A DNA stretch of 60,606 nucleotides from Bacteroidota bacterium (GCA_002748055.1 PDRI01000097.1:1-60606), one strand, 5' to 3'. Shown: positions 18,701 to 27,212, counted from the first letter of the stretch. The notes: generated by a model not told the origin, from the letters alone. Numbers and translations are program-made.

Positions 18701-19095
18701 AACTCGAAGCCGCCAAAGGCCGGTTCGACATGCAAGACGTCAGGGACACCCTGGTTCGTGCAATGGAAAACAGACTGGCGGTTGAGGACTTGTTTGCACA
18801 TCTGCTCGAGGTCGCAGAGCCCCCGCTTAGCAAGGCCCTGGAAAAGATCGCCTTAAGACGGGACAGGATTTACGGTCCCGAAGCACTGATTACCAGAATT
18901 TACGAGATCCTTCTGAAGATGGGCCTGAGCGATGAAGAAGCCCGGAACCTGCTTTCCGAATATATGCCGGGCCACAAAGCATTCATCGATACCCTGGGAC
19001 AGATTGAATTCGCCACCGGCCTTCTGTTGGCGGCCGCCGGCATTGGATTATTGATCCTTATCATCTTGCTGGTGAGGCGCAGAAAGAAAGAGTGA
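15775..19095 (+). CDS. Secreted TPR + PD40 (TolB-like beta-propeller) protein with acidic linker, five helical repeats and a C-terminal TM anchor
   Basis: Signal peptide MKRLLFSAAFLLLIASLPMKAQ. PD40 repeats include FSPDGKYIYFTSNRKGGYGGLDIYRS and GGYDVFRS. The C-terminus is GLLLAAAGIGLLILIILLVRRRKKE. Confidence 0.75.
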   Translation: MKRLLFSAAFLLLIASLPMKAQRDTLRRVFLNAESWMLYEEYKEALPLYRKLLSADPGNSNLKYKIGICLLNDPYQKDKAINYLREASQNINPDCKENSFKERTAPPDVLYYLGDAYLVNQLLDQAVASYESFLKIMDEAIYDEELVLDQIEACKHAQELIGKPVDLDLFLLDTLINSRYAELNPVVSGDGQTMAFIKELPFYDGAFITRKQADGWSYPQAITSALGFDEGVYPVALSHDGTEMILYYNDEYIGNLYYSRLKEGIWQKARKMGENISTKYWESNACFSPDGKYIYFTSNRKGGYGGLDIYRSKRLDGDKWGSPENLGPTINTQYNEETPAITEDGTLYFSSYGHSNMGGYDVFRSSQNEDGSWTTPVNMGYPINTTDDDMSFAPISNGKGAYYSVYSSKGLGRHDIYYMDIYSEDNPRMYAVSGNLSARDRDGTSADAWVNVLEADDGDTLLRLPADPKSGDFIFSVKKGDYALHMAAEGFETLVVPLEVGSPEDKNGISLGGNITLTPLEAGEEHLVLEGDESIIRLRENSYVAKAGESIKVPVRVEKGSELLIRTYKDGVLIDTDTILARKRRINLDLEVHPGEQLIEIETRDKAGNIHRNTLKLKGETISEESRRDKAETARDKEASDAGSSAGKEDPRKAIADNSDPSTEIQADRNKEAVETAGVNRSDGTEILQPEEVLSRHPGEELTTKLMLMDLRDEARGKLKQALDELDLEKEGIHSGRALFEHLYQHAEEKGYSTREVTDLLAGVISGGNLEAFIEALIKHSDGALHDYLLELDTKALGIDSPKALLLHLQELGDSKGFNMEQVWDAMIEALYKPGMPASAVPAALTLIDLRQSADGPLLEALKDLDPTSGDLLSSRALFEKLYELAGEYGYTEEDVDRLLAAQLGMDASAGREALLAALEKEEIRTLAELAGGGDPALLFRKLLEQADGALSDFLTEKGEDLEKLGSIAELVRLLELEAAKGRFDMQDVRDTLVRAMENRLAVEDLFAHLLEVAEPPLSKALEKIALRRDRIYGPEALITRIYEILLKMGLSDEEARNLLSEYMPGHKAFIDTLGQIEFATGLLLAAAGIGLLILIILLVRRRKKE
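17899..18972 (+). repeat. Five tandem ~55-60-aa predicted-helical repeats encoded inside the 1106-aa CDS
   Basis: Units such as MDLRDEARGKLKQALDELDLEKEGIHSGRALFEHLYQHAEEKGYSTREVTDLL and IDLRQSADGPLLEALKDLDPTSGDLLSSRALFEKLYELAGEYGYTEEDVDRLL recur five times with decreasing similarity. Confidence 0.6.
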
Positions 19096-19123
19096 GGCCC
19101 TATTGCCCTGTCGATTAAATTTT

Positions 19124-19131
19124 TAAATTTG
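19124..19131 (+). promoter_or_regulatory. Candidate -7 promoter element (TAAATTTG), with TTG 18 nt upstream
   Basis: Exact TAnnTTTG match 27 nt before the 19158 start. A TTG lies at 19103-19105. Confidence 0.35.
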
Positions 19132-19157
19132 TAGTATTCACGCTAAAAGCACCCGGG

Positions 19158-21149
19158 ATGAGAAGATCAATATGGATGCTCTGGCTCTTACTTTTAGCCA
19201 GCCTGTCACACGCACAAACTGTCAGGGAGAATTATTTCGATGGCGAATTCTTCCTCGCTCAGGAAGAATATGAGGAAGCGCTCTTTGCCTACAGCAAGGT
19301 CTATAAATACGGTTATGAGGACAATGCCAGCCTAAACTACAGAATGGGAATCTGCCTGTTGAATATACCGGGCAGGAAAGCAGAATCCATACCCTACCTC
19401 GAAAAAGCTGCATTGTCGGTTTCGGATCGTTACAAAGGAACCTTCAAAGAGGAAGTAGCCCCACCCGATGCCCTCCTTTACCTGGGCAATGCCTATCGAA
19501 TCAACATGGAGTTGGAGAAGGCAATTGAGAAGTACCAGGAGTACCTGGTGTACCTGACCAAAAACCGTGACAAGCTTCAAAAGGACTATACCGAGGCCCA
19601 GATTCTCTCCTGCCAAAATGCCGTTAAAGCGATCAATTCTCCTGTCGATTTCAGCATTGGAAACCTGGGCGAAGTAAAACAAACCCATCCGGCACCCTAT
19701 AACGTGGTCTTTTCACAGGATCGCAAACACCTGGCCTATATGGGTAAAAACCCCTTTTACAATGCCGTCCTCTATGCCTATATCCAGGAAGACGGAACCT
19801 GGTCAGAACCACGTGACCTGTCTGCAGAGATTGTTTCGGACAGCAATATGGACGTGGTTGGTCTTTCCGCGAAAGGAGACCTTATGCTGCTGGCTGTTTA
19901 TGACGAGTTCGACAGCAACATTTACAGCTCGACCCGAAATGAAGATGGCAGCTGGAATCCCGCAGTTCCCCTCGGAAAACCTGTAAACTCGCGTTTCTAC
20001 GAATCACATGCCGCCCTCAGCAGCGATAAAAAATCGCTCTACTTTACCAGCAACAACAATAAATCACTCGGAGGCATGGACATCTTCAGGTCTGATCTGC
20101 AGCCAGATGGCAGCTGGGGCGATCCGGTCAACATGGGCGAGGGCATCAACTCCCCGCTGAATGAAGACTGCCCCTTTCTCAGTCCCGACGGGAAACGCCT
20201 GTATTTCAGCTCCCAGGGCCACAACACCATTGGGGGCTATGACTTGTTCTATGTCGATCGAAATACAGATGGAAGCTGGGGGAGTCCCGTAAATGTTGGC
20301 TATCCGCTGAACAGCACAGATGATGATTTCGCTTTCTCGCCCAACGGACTGCTGAAGTATGGCAGCACCCTGGTTTTTGCCAAAGGCGTAGATACCTACG
20401 ACCTCTTCCAATTCGGATTAATTGACCCGGAAGCTACTGCAAAGCCGGTTGATTTTAGCTACCCACCTGTTCCTGCCGATGAAATACTGGTACTCACTGC
20501 CGGGAAGGTTAATCCTTCACAGCATGCCCTGGCAGAGAAAGAAAACCCGGAAAAAGAGGACTCCGGGGATGTCGCAGGGAAAGAGGTATCAGAGATTCCG
20601 GAAGTGCCGGTTCAGACGGAGGAAACAGCCGTGACGGAGAAAGAGGAACCCCTGGCCCGGGCCGGGGAGCCTGCAGCCCCTGAAGAAGCAAAGCAGGCTG
20701 TGGAAAAGCCTGCGCCGGTAAGCGAAGCTTCACGCTACCTGATCAAGCCCATCTTCTTTGGATTTGAGAGCGATGCCCTTACGGCCGCTTCCAAGGCCAA
20801 GCTTGACGAGCTGTATAACCTGCTTGAGCAATTCCCCGCACTCAAACTGAGGATAATCGGACACACCGATGCCCTGGGTAGTTACGAATACAATACCTGG
20901 CTTTCGCTGAAGAGGGCGAAAGCAGTTTCCCGCTATCTGATTGCAGCAGGAATTGATGCCAACCGGCTCGAGCTAAAAGGAGAGAGCGAAGCTATGCCTG
21001 TAGCCATTAATAAAACCAGGGATGAACGGGATGCTCCGGAAGGACGAAAACTGAACCGGCGGGTGCAATTCGATGTCCTGGTCGATCTGGATGTAGTGAT
21101 TGAGATGGAAAAAATTGAAGTGCCCCAGCACCTGAAAATAAAAGATTGA
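19158..21149 (+). CDS. Secreted TPR + PD40 + Pro/Glu-rich linker + OmpA/Pal-like peptidoglycan-binding protein
   Basis: Signal peptide ...LLLASLSHAQ, PD40 repeats (LSPDGKRLYFSSQGHNTIGGYDLF) and an OmpA_C-like segment from about 20736: IIGHTDALGSYEYNTWLSLKRAKAV...NRRVQF. Confidence 0.8.
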   Translation: MRRSIWMLWLLLLASLSHAQTVRENYFDGEFFLAQEEYEEALFAYSKVYKYGYEDNASLNYRMGICLLNIPGRKAESIPYLEKAALSVSDRYKGTFKEEVAPPDALLYLGNAYRINMELEKAIEKYQEYLVYLTKNRDKLQKDYTEAQILSCQNAVKAINSPVDFSIGNLGEVKQTHPAPYNVVFSQDRKHLAYMGKNPFYNAVLYAYIQEDGTWSEPRDLSAEIVSDSNMDVVGLSAKGDLMLLAVYDEFDSNIYSSTRNEDGSWNPAVPLGKPVNSRFYESHAALSSDKKSLYFTSNNNKSLGGMDIFRSDLQPDGSWGDPVNMGEGINSPLNEDCPFLSPDGKRLYFSSQGHNTIGGYDLFYVDRNTDGSWGSPVNVGYPLNSTDDDFAFSPNGLLKYGSTLVFAKGVDTYDLFQFGLIDPEATAKPVDFSYPPVPADEILVLTAGKVNPSQHALAEKENPEKEDSGDVAGKEVSEIPEVPVQTEETAVTEKEEPLARAGEPAAPEEAKQAVEKPAPVSEASRYLIKPIFFGFESDALTAASKAKLDELYNLLEQFPALKLRIIGHTDALGSYEYNTWLSLKRAKAVSRYLIAAGIDANRLELKGESEAMPVAINKTRDERDAPEGRKLNRRVQFDVLVDLDVVIEMEKIEVPQHLKIKD

Positions 21150-21151
21150 AA

Positions 21152-22621
21152 ATGAAGCGCCTTATCCCCTTACTTCTTTTGTTATGCGGCCTGGGGCTTC
21201 AGGCCCAGAACCAAACAACAGAAGAGCAGTTTTATGATGCAGAGTTCTTTTTCAGTGAGGAGGAAGACTACGAGGAAGCGGCCTATCTGTTCGAGATGGT
21301 TTTGCTGGCCGAACCCGACAATGCCAATGTTAAATTCATGCTGGGCCAGTGCTATAACAATATTCTGGGATTGGAAGCCAAAGGCATTCCCTATTTCCTG
21401 GAGGCTACAAAGGACATCAGCCTGAAATACAAAGCAGGCCGTTTTAGCGAAAAGAGGGCCCCGCATCACACCTGGTTTTACCTCGCTGAGGCCTACAGAA
21501 AGACCAACCAGATCGACAGTGCCCTGAATGCCCTGAACCGCTTTAAAGACCTGAAAGACTTTGAAAAACACTACAACCTCAGGATTACCAACGATGAAAT
21601 TGCCGCAGTTGAGCGCTCCAAAATCATCCGGGATGCTGAGCTGAACCTGCGCACACTCTTTTTTAACAAGCCCATTAATACGGTTCAGAATGACTACAAC
21701 GGTGTAATCTCGGCCAACGGAGAAATGCTGATCTGGGTAAATTCCAAGGCCTTCTATGAGGCCGTTTACATGTCGAGGCGCGAAGGCAATAAATGGAGCC
21801 TGCCGGAACTGATCACCCCCCAAATCGTTTCCGACGGGGACCTCTTCCCCTCCGGGCTTTCGGCGGATGGCACAACCCTCCTGCTGGTAAAGCGGCCTAA
21901 AAAAGGCGATTCCGATATCTGGTACAGCCAGTTCGACGGCCTTCTCTGGAGTCCCGCTCAGCCCCTCTATGGTGACATCAACTCGAGGTCTGATGAGAGT
22001 CACGCCTCTTTCAGTCCCGATGGTAAGCGGATCTATTTTACCAGCACCCGGCGGGGAGGTGAAGGAGGATCCGACATCTGGTATTCCGACAGACAGAGCG
22101 ATGGAAGCTGGGGAAAGGCTGTAAACATGGGGCCATCCATCAACACAGACAAGGATGAAACCTGTGCTTACATGGCTCCGGACGGCAGCAGTTTCCTCTT
22201 CAGCTCGAAGGGCCACTTCAACATGGGGGGCTATGATGTATTCCGCAGCCTGAGGGAAGGCGAAGGCTGGAGCGAACCCAACAACATGGGCTATCCGATC
22301 AATACCACTGCTGACAATACCTACTATGTCCCCTTAAACAATGGCATGAGTGGGCTCTATACCCGCTATAGCAATGATGCTGTGGGTAAACAGGACCTCT
22401 GGTATGTTGAGGTGCTTCCCGAAGATGGTTTCATCAGCGAGGGGCTCTCACTCTCTATCGACCCCGATAAAGGACTAAGCCGTAAAGACTTTGCCATCGT
22501 TGTTGTAGATGAGGAAAACGGACAGGAAATTGAGATCATTTACAATGCGGAAAAGGACAGTTTCAGCGCCCTTTCTGCCAAGGGCCAGAAGTACAAAGTC
22601 ATTTCCTACAAGCAGCAATAA
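21152..22621 (+). CDS. Secreted TPR + PD40 protein (shortest paralogue)
   Basis: Signal peptide MKRLIPLLLLLCGLGLQAQ and PD40 repeats (FSPDGKRIYFTSTRRGGEGGSDIWYS, GGYDVFRS). The ATG at 21152 is preferred over the TTG at 21146. Confidence 0.75.
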   Translation: MKRLIPLLLLLCGLGLQAQNQTTEEQFYDAEFFFSEEEDYEEAAYLFEMVLLAEPDNANVKFMLGQCYNNILGLEAKGIPYFLEATKDISLKYKAGRFSEKRAPHHTWFYLAEAYRKTNQIDSALNALNRFKDLKDFEKHYNLRITNDEIAAVERSKIIRDAELNLRTLFFNKPINTVQNDYNGVISANGEMLIWVNSKAFYEAVYMSRREGNKWSLPELITPQIVSDGDLFPSGLSADGTTLLLVKRPKKGDSDIWYSQFDGLLWSPAQPLYGDINSRSDESHASFSPDGKRIYFTSTRRGGEGGSDIWYSDRQSDGSWGKAVNMGPSINTDKDETCAYMAPDGSSFLFSSKGHFNMGGYDVFRSLREGEGWSEPNNMGYPINTTADNTYYVPLNNGMSGLYTRYSNDAVGKQDLWYVEVLPEDGFISEGLSLSIDPDKGLSRKDFAIVVVDEENGQEIEIIYNAEKDSFSALSAKGQKYKVISYKQQ

Positions 22622-23152
22622 TTGAAAGGCCTGGAAAACAGGAGTATTCGTCTTCGGGCCCTGGAGCCTGAAGACCTCGACATTCTCTATACCTGGGAAA
22701 ACAACCCGGATATCTGGCATCTTTCCACCATTCTGGCCCCCTGGTCCCGGCATGTCCTCAGGCAATACCTGGCCCAGGCTGCCGAAGATATCTACACGCA
22801 GAAACAACTGAGGCTGCTTATTGAAACGCGGGACGACGAACGGCCACTTGGGGCCATCGACCTCCATGATTTTGATGCCCATCACCGGCGGGCCGGCGTG
22901 GGCATCCTCATTGCAGAACCGGCCGACAGAAGGCAGGGCTATGCCCGTGAAGCACTGGAAACCCTGATCTCATACAGTTTCAACATCCTGAACCTGAATC
23001 AGCTTCATTGTCTGGTGAAGCCCGACAATGAAGCCAGCCTTGCCCTGTTTAAAGGAGCGGGGTTCAAAGTAAGTGGGGAAATAAAGGCCTGGCACTTTGC
23101 CAACGGCCGCTTCCACGACATGCTTTTCCTGCAATGCCTGCAGCCTCTATAA
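22622..23152 (+). CDS. GNAT-family N-acetyltransferase (RimJ/RimL-like)
   Basis: IRLRALEPEDLD start and acetyl-CoA motif RRQGYAREALETLISYSF. The apparent TTG start directly follows the upstream stop codon. Confidence 0.7.
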   Translation: MKGLENRSIRLRALEPEDLDILYTWENNPDIWHLSTILAPWSRHVLRQYLAQAAEDIYTQKQLRLLIETRDDERPLGAIDLHDFDAHHRRAGVGILIAEPADRRQGYAREALETLISYSFNILNLNQLHCLVKPDNEASLALFKGAGFKVSGEIKAWHFANGRFHDMLFLQCLQPL

Positions 23153-23596
23153 GGCCTCAAAGTCGGGGATACTTCCCATCGGCTCAACCTTTCCGGCTTT
23201 GTGGTCAACAAAGAAGCAGTAGTGCTTCAGGCCGTTGGTCAGCATGAGATAAGGCAACTTCAGATTCAGATTATAGCGTGCAGCCTGTTCAAATACGCCC
23301 TGGCCAATCGCCACATCCGGTGCCTTACACTCGACCAGCACCATGGGGCGACCGGCTGGCTTATGCACAAGAAGGTCGCAGCGCTTCTGCATACCGTTCA
23401 AAGACAGGCTGCATTCACTCATGATCAGGGAAGCGGGATAGGACCTGTCCTCGACCAGGTAGCGTGCAAAACGCTGCCGTACTTCCTCTTCCGGTGTCAG
23501 AAGTACATATTTTTTCCGGTAAACATCCAGGACCTCACGCCGGCCTTCAAGATCCCTGTACCTGAATTCGTATTCGGGCAGATTCAGTTTTCGCAT
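23147..23596 (-). CDS. Stand-alone type I restriction enzyme HsdR N-terminal-like (PD-(D/E)xK fold) protein
   Basis: CDLLVHKPAGRPMVLVECKAP fits the D...ExK pattern, and the LTPEEEVRQ and YLMLTNG segments are typical of the HSDR_N_2 family. Start chosen at MRKLNLPEY. Confidence 0.65.
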   Translation of the reverse strand: MRKLNLPEYEFRYRDLEGRREVLDVYRKKYVLLTPEEEVRQRFARYLVEDRSYPASLIMSECSLSLNGMQKRCDLLVHKPAGRPMVLVECKAPDVAIGQGVFEQAARYNLNLKLPYLMLTNGLKHYCFFVDHKAGKVEPMGSIPDFEAL

Positions 23597-23642
23597 GAAT
23601 ATGCATATCTTCGCAGCAGGGTTCAATATAAGAATTAAGCGT

Positions 23643-24416
23643 ATGAAGACAAAGCAGGAAATCATAGCAGACTGGCTGCCCCGCTACACCGGAATACCCG
23701 GTGACGGATTCAGGAAATATGTATTGCTCACCAACTTCAACAGCTATCTCGAACTCTTTGCCGAAATACAAAAAACGCAGATCGTGAACCGAAATGTGTC
23801 CATGCCTGCAGCCAGTTCGGACGAAATTACCATGATTAACTTTGGCATGGGCAGCGCAAATGCTGCCACAGTCATGGACCTGCTTTCTGCGGTTTCTCCC
23901 CAGGCAGTCCTCTTTCTGGGCAAATGCGGTGGCCTGAAGAAGAAGAACCAACTGGGCGACCTTATTCTGCCTATTGCTGCAATCAGAGGTGAGGGAACCT
24001 CAGATGACTATCTGCCGGCAGAGGTTCCGGCGCTGCCGGCTTTCAATCTACAGCGTGCCGTTTCGACCACCATCCGGAACATGGACCGGGACTACTGGTC
24101 GGGCACCGTTTTCACCACAAACCGGCGGGTCTGGGAGCACGATAACAAGTTCAAAAAGTACCTGAGGGTGGTCAGGGCCATGGCCGTAGATATGGAAACA
24201 GCCACCCTGTTTACTGTAGGTTTTGCCAATGGCATGCCTACGGGTGCGCTTTTGCTTGTCTCCGATCAACCCATGATTCCCGAGGGGGTAAAAACCCGGA
24301 AAAGCGATAAAATGGTAACGGAACAGTTTGCAAGGACCCACCTTGAAATCGGAATCGAGTCCCTGCGGGAGATCCTGCACCATCGTGAATCGGTCAAACA
24401 CCTCAAATTCAAGTAG
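23643..24416 (+). CDS. Short-form AMP nucleosidase / PNP_UDP_1-fold nucleosidase
   Basis: Motifs GMGSANAATVMDLL, LFLGKCGGL and MAVDMETATLF. Start chosen at MKTKQEI. Confidence 0.65.
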   Translation: MKTKQEIIADWLPRYTGIPGDGFRKYVLLTNFNSYLELFAEIQKTQIVNRNVSMPAASSDEITMINFGMGSANAATVMDLLSAVSPQAVLFLGKCGGLKKKNQLGDLILPIAAIRGEGTSDDYLPAEVPALPAFNLQRAVSTTIRNMDRDYWSGTVFTTNRRVWEHDNKFKKYLRVVRAMAVDMETATLFTVGFANGMPTGALLLVSDQPMIPEGVKTRKSDKMVTEQFARTHLEIGIESLREILHHRESVKHLKFK

Positions 24417-24419
24417 TAT

Positions 24420-25427
24420 ATGGCAGGCTATGAGCAAGTGCTGAATGACTTAAAGAAAAGGGACTTCAAGCCCATCTATTTCCTCTCCGGAGATGAGCCC
24501 TATTACATTGATCTGCTCACGGACTACATCCTTGAGCATACCCTTCCCGAGGCCGAACGAAGCTTCAACCAGACCATCGCCTATGGGAAAGACACCACTG
24601 CCAGCCAGCTCATTAACATTGCCCGTCGTTTCCCCATGATGTCTGCTCACCAGGTAGTGGTGCTCCGGGAAGCCCAGGATATGAAAGACTTTGCCAGTCT
24701 TATTCACTATATAGAGGCCCCCCTGGCCTCCACCCTGCTTGTCATAAACTACAAGTATAAGAAGCCCGATAAACGGCTAAAGGTCTTTGCTTCCCTGAAA
24801 AAGCACGCGGTCTGTGTCGAGTCCAAAAGGCTTTACGACAACCAGCTGCCCGGATGGATTTCGGCTTATGCCAAAAAACACAAATACAGCATTGAGCCCA
24901 AAGCATCTGCACTCCTGGCCGAATTCCTGGGCAGTGATCTGGGACGGATTGCGAGTGAGATGGATAAGCTCTTCATCGCTGTGGGTAGCAAAAATAAGCA
25001 GATTGACACTAAGCTTATTGAAAAAAACACGGGGATCAGCAAAGACTATAACCAGCTGGAGCTTTCAACTGCACTGGGAGAACGCGATGCCTTAAAGGCC
25101 AACCGCATCGTAGGCTATTTCTGTCGGAACCCGAAGAACCATCATATCTCACTAACCATCGCCTCGCTTTACTATTATTTCTCAAAGCTCCTCATGATCC
25201 ACTATTTAAAAGACAGGAGCAAAAAGAGCGTGGCCTCTGTCCTGAAAATCCATCCCTACTTCGCCGGGGAGTATCTGAGCGCTGCAAAACGCTACAGTGC
25301 CATGAAGCTGGTAGGGATTATTTCGCTCTTGCGCGAATACGACATGCGATCGAAAGGCTATGGCGGAGATGCCACGGACCAGGGAGAATTGCAGCGTGAA
25401 CTGATTCTAAAAATCCTCTACGCTTGA
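24420..25427 (+). CDS. holA: DNA polymerase III delta subunit
   Basis: PIYFLSGDEPYYID N-terminus, a length of about 335 aa, and a C-terminal helical domain. Confidence 0.8.
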   Translation: MAGYEQVLNDLKKRDFKPIYFLSGDEPYYIDLLTDYILEHTLPEAERSFNQTIAYGKDTTASQLINIARRFPMMSAHQVVVLREAQDMKDFASLIHYIEAPLASTLLVINYKYKKPDKRLKVFASLKKHAVCVESKRLYDNQLPGWISAYAKKHKYSIEPKASALLAEFLGSDLGRIASEMDKLFIAVGSKNKQIDTKLIEKNTGISKDYNQLELSTALGERDALKANRIVGYFCRNPKNHHISLTIASLYYYFSKLLMIHYLKDRSKKSVASVLKIHPYFAGEYLSAAKRYSAMKLVGIISLLREYDMRSKGYGGDATDQGELQRELILKILYA

Positions 25428-26041
25428 TCACGCTCAGCATTGTCATCGCCACCACCCTCTTTTCCGTTGCCGCCCTTCAGCGGCGCGATCTGATGTACCG
25501 CTTCGACCTGGCCCCCTCGAAAATCGTCCACAACAAGCAGTACTACCGCATCTTCACACATGCCCTGCTACATGCCGACTACATCCATCTGGGAATTAAC
25601 ATCCTGGTTCTGTACTCCTTTGGAAGAGCTGTAGAGGCCATTTTCATGCAACTTGAACAGGAAGGGCTCATCTTTTCGGCCAGCTTCTATTACGTCCTGC
25701 TCTATGTCACAGGCATTGCTTTTTCCTCGCTGACAAGCATATTTCGTTACCGGAACAATCCGGCATACAGCTCCATTGGTGCATCGGGAGCCGTATCGGC
25801 AGTGGTCTTTACCCACATCTTTTTTTCGCCCCTGGATAAGGTGTATTTTTACGGCATACTTCCCCTTCCCGGAATTCTGTTTGGCATACTCTACCTCCTC
25901 TATTCCAGCTATATGGAACGCAGACAACAGGACAACATTAACCACTCGGCTCACTTCTGGGGAGCCGTTACCGGTTTCCTGTTCCCCTTGCTGCTCGAGC
26001 CCGGACTGATAAAAGTATTCATCAATCAGCTTAGGGGATGA
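25424..26041 (+). CDS. Rhomboid-family intramembrane serine protease
   Basis: HADYIHLGINILVLYSFG, the GASGAVSAVVF catalytic-Ser context, and HFWGAVTG. It has a TTG start overlapping the holA stop. Confidence 0.8.
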   Translation: MITLSIVIATTLFSVAALQRRDLMYRFDLAPSKIVHNKQYYRIFTHALLHADYIHLGINILVLYSFGRAVEAIFMQLEQEGLIFSASFYYVLLYVTGIAFSSLTSIFRYRNNPAYSSIGASGAVSAVVFTHIFFSPLDKVYFYGILPLPGILFGILYLLYSSYMERRQQDNINHSAHFWGAVTGFLFPLLLEPGLIKVFINQLRG

Positions 26042-26541
26042 AAGCAACGCGCAAAAACAAAGCCGTCTTCCTTGACCGTGATGGTGTGATTACCAGTAAC
26101 AAAGGGCTTTATTACGTATGGAAGCAAGCCGATCTGCAGATCAATCCGGGTGTGGAGGACAGCCTCAAAGCTCTCTCAGAACGGGGCTATCTGCTCATTG
26201 TCATCAGCAACCAGGGCGGAGTTGGAAAAGGTGAATACAGCAGAAAGGACGTAGAAAACTTCCATGCTGCAATGCTTGCCCGGCTGGCTGAAGGCGGAGC
26301 CCGGCTCGATGCCGTATATTACTGCCCCCACCACCCTTCAACGGGCAATTGTCTGTGCAGGAAACCGCTTCCCCTTCTGTTCCAAAAAGCCATGGCAAGA
26401 TTCCGGATCGACCCCGCCCGTTCGTGGATGATCGGGGATATGGACAGAGACATCGAAGCCGGCGAGGCTGCCGGTTTAAAGGGCATCCGCGTGGAGGCCA
26501 ACCAGGATCTGCGAACAATCCTGCCCCTCATTTGCCCATGA
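26038..26541 (+). CDS. gmhB: HAD-IIIA phosphatase, D,D-heptose 1,7-bisphosphate phosphatase-like
   Basis: Motifs FLDRDGVI, ISNQGGVGKG, the Zn-site-like CPHHPSTGNCLCRKP, and MIGDMDRDIEAG. Confidence 0.7.
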   Translation: MKATRKNKAVFLDRDGVITSNKGLYYVWKQADLQINPGVEDSLKALSERGYLLIVISNQGGVGKGEYSRKDVENFHAAMLARLAEGGARLDAVYYCPHHPSTGNCLCRKPLPLLFQKAMARFRIDPARSWMIGDMDRDIEAGEAAGLKGIRVEANQDLRTILPLICP

Positions 26542-27132
26542 TTAGTTCAGGCCGGGATCTTCCGGAAAATTAGCCCAGGCCTTGTATTTATTGTGATAGC
26601 CTTCCAGGGTTGAGCTCCAGAAATCCGGATCCACGCCCTGCATAACCAATCCCGGAGAGATCTTCCCTACCAACCAGGCGTGTTTCTTCATCTCGTCCTT
26701 CAGCTGTCCCTCACCCCAGCCTGAATAACCCAGAAAAAAACGCAGTTCATGGGGCTGAATACGCCCCTCAGCAATGAGCTCACAGATGCGGTCAAAGTTC
26801 CCTCCCCAATAAATTCCATCGGCAACAGCTATACTCCCGGGAATCACCGAACCCAGGGTATGAATATAGTGAATGGTATCATTGCTCACCGGGCCACCCA
26901 CGGAAACCTTGAAGCCCATGTCGGGAAAGCCTTCCATTAGATCCTTGAGCGCCACATGAACAGGCTTATTCAGTACAAAGCCCATGGAGCCTTCCTCATT
27001 GTGTTCTGTCAGATACACCACAGAGCGCCTGAAATAATTGTCACTCAGAAACGGTTCCGAGATCAGGACATGCCCTTTCTCTGCCACATTTTCATTTACG
27101 ATATGAAAGAAATCAATGTTAAGATCCATCAC
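26542..27132 (-). CDS. YqgE/AlgH-family (UPF0301) protein
   Basis: GHVLISEPFLSDNYFRRSVVYLTEHNEEGSMGFVLNKP matches the family signature. Confidence 0.8.
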   Translation of the reverse strand: MMDLNIDFFHIVNENVAEKGHVLISEPFLSDNYFRRSVVYLTEHNEEGSMGFVLNKPVHVALKDLMEGFPDMGFKVSVGGPVSNDTIHYIHTLGSVIPGSIAVADGIYWGGNFDRICELIAEGRIQPHELRFFLGYSGWGEGQLKDEMKKHAWLVGKISPGLVMQGVDPDFWSSTLEGYHNKYKAWANFPEDPGLN

Positions 27133-27212
27133 TCCATTCCTTTAATTATTGGCCATCGCTCATAAAATGCAGCCGATCTACAAGCTACGTCATTTTTACA
27201 AGAATAAAAACG

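Noticed and set aside
18990-19095. The C-terminal 'motif + TM helix + basic cluster' of the 1106-aa protein as a sortase/exosortase/rhombosortase-type sorting signal, with the rhomboid gene at 25424-26041 as a possible processing enzyme.
   Set aside because: - No GlyGly, PEP or other known signature precedes the helix.
- The rhomboid lies 6 kb away in an unrelated holA operon.
- The rhomboid looks like a generic family member.
- A plain membrane anchor is the simpler reading.
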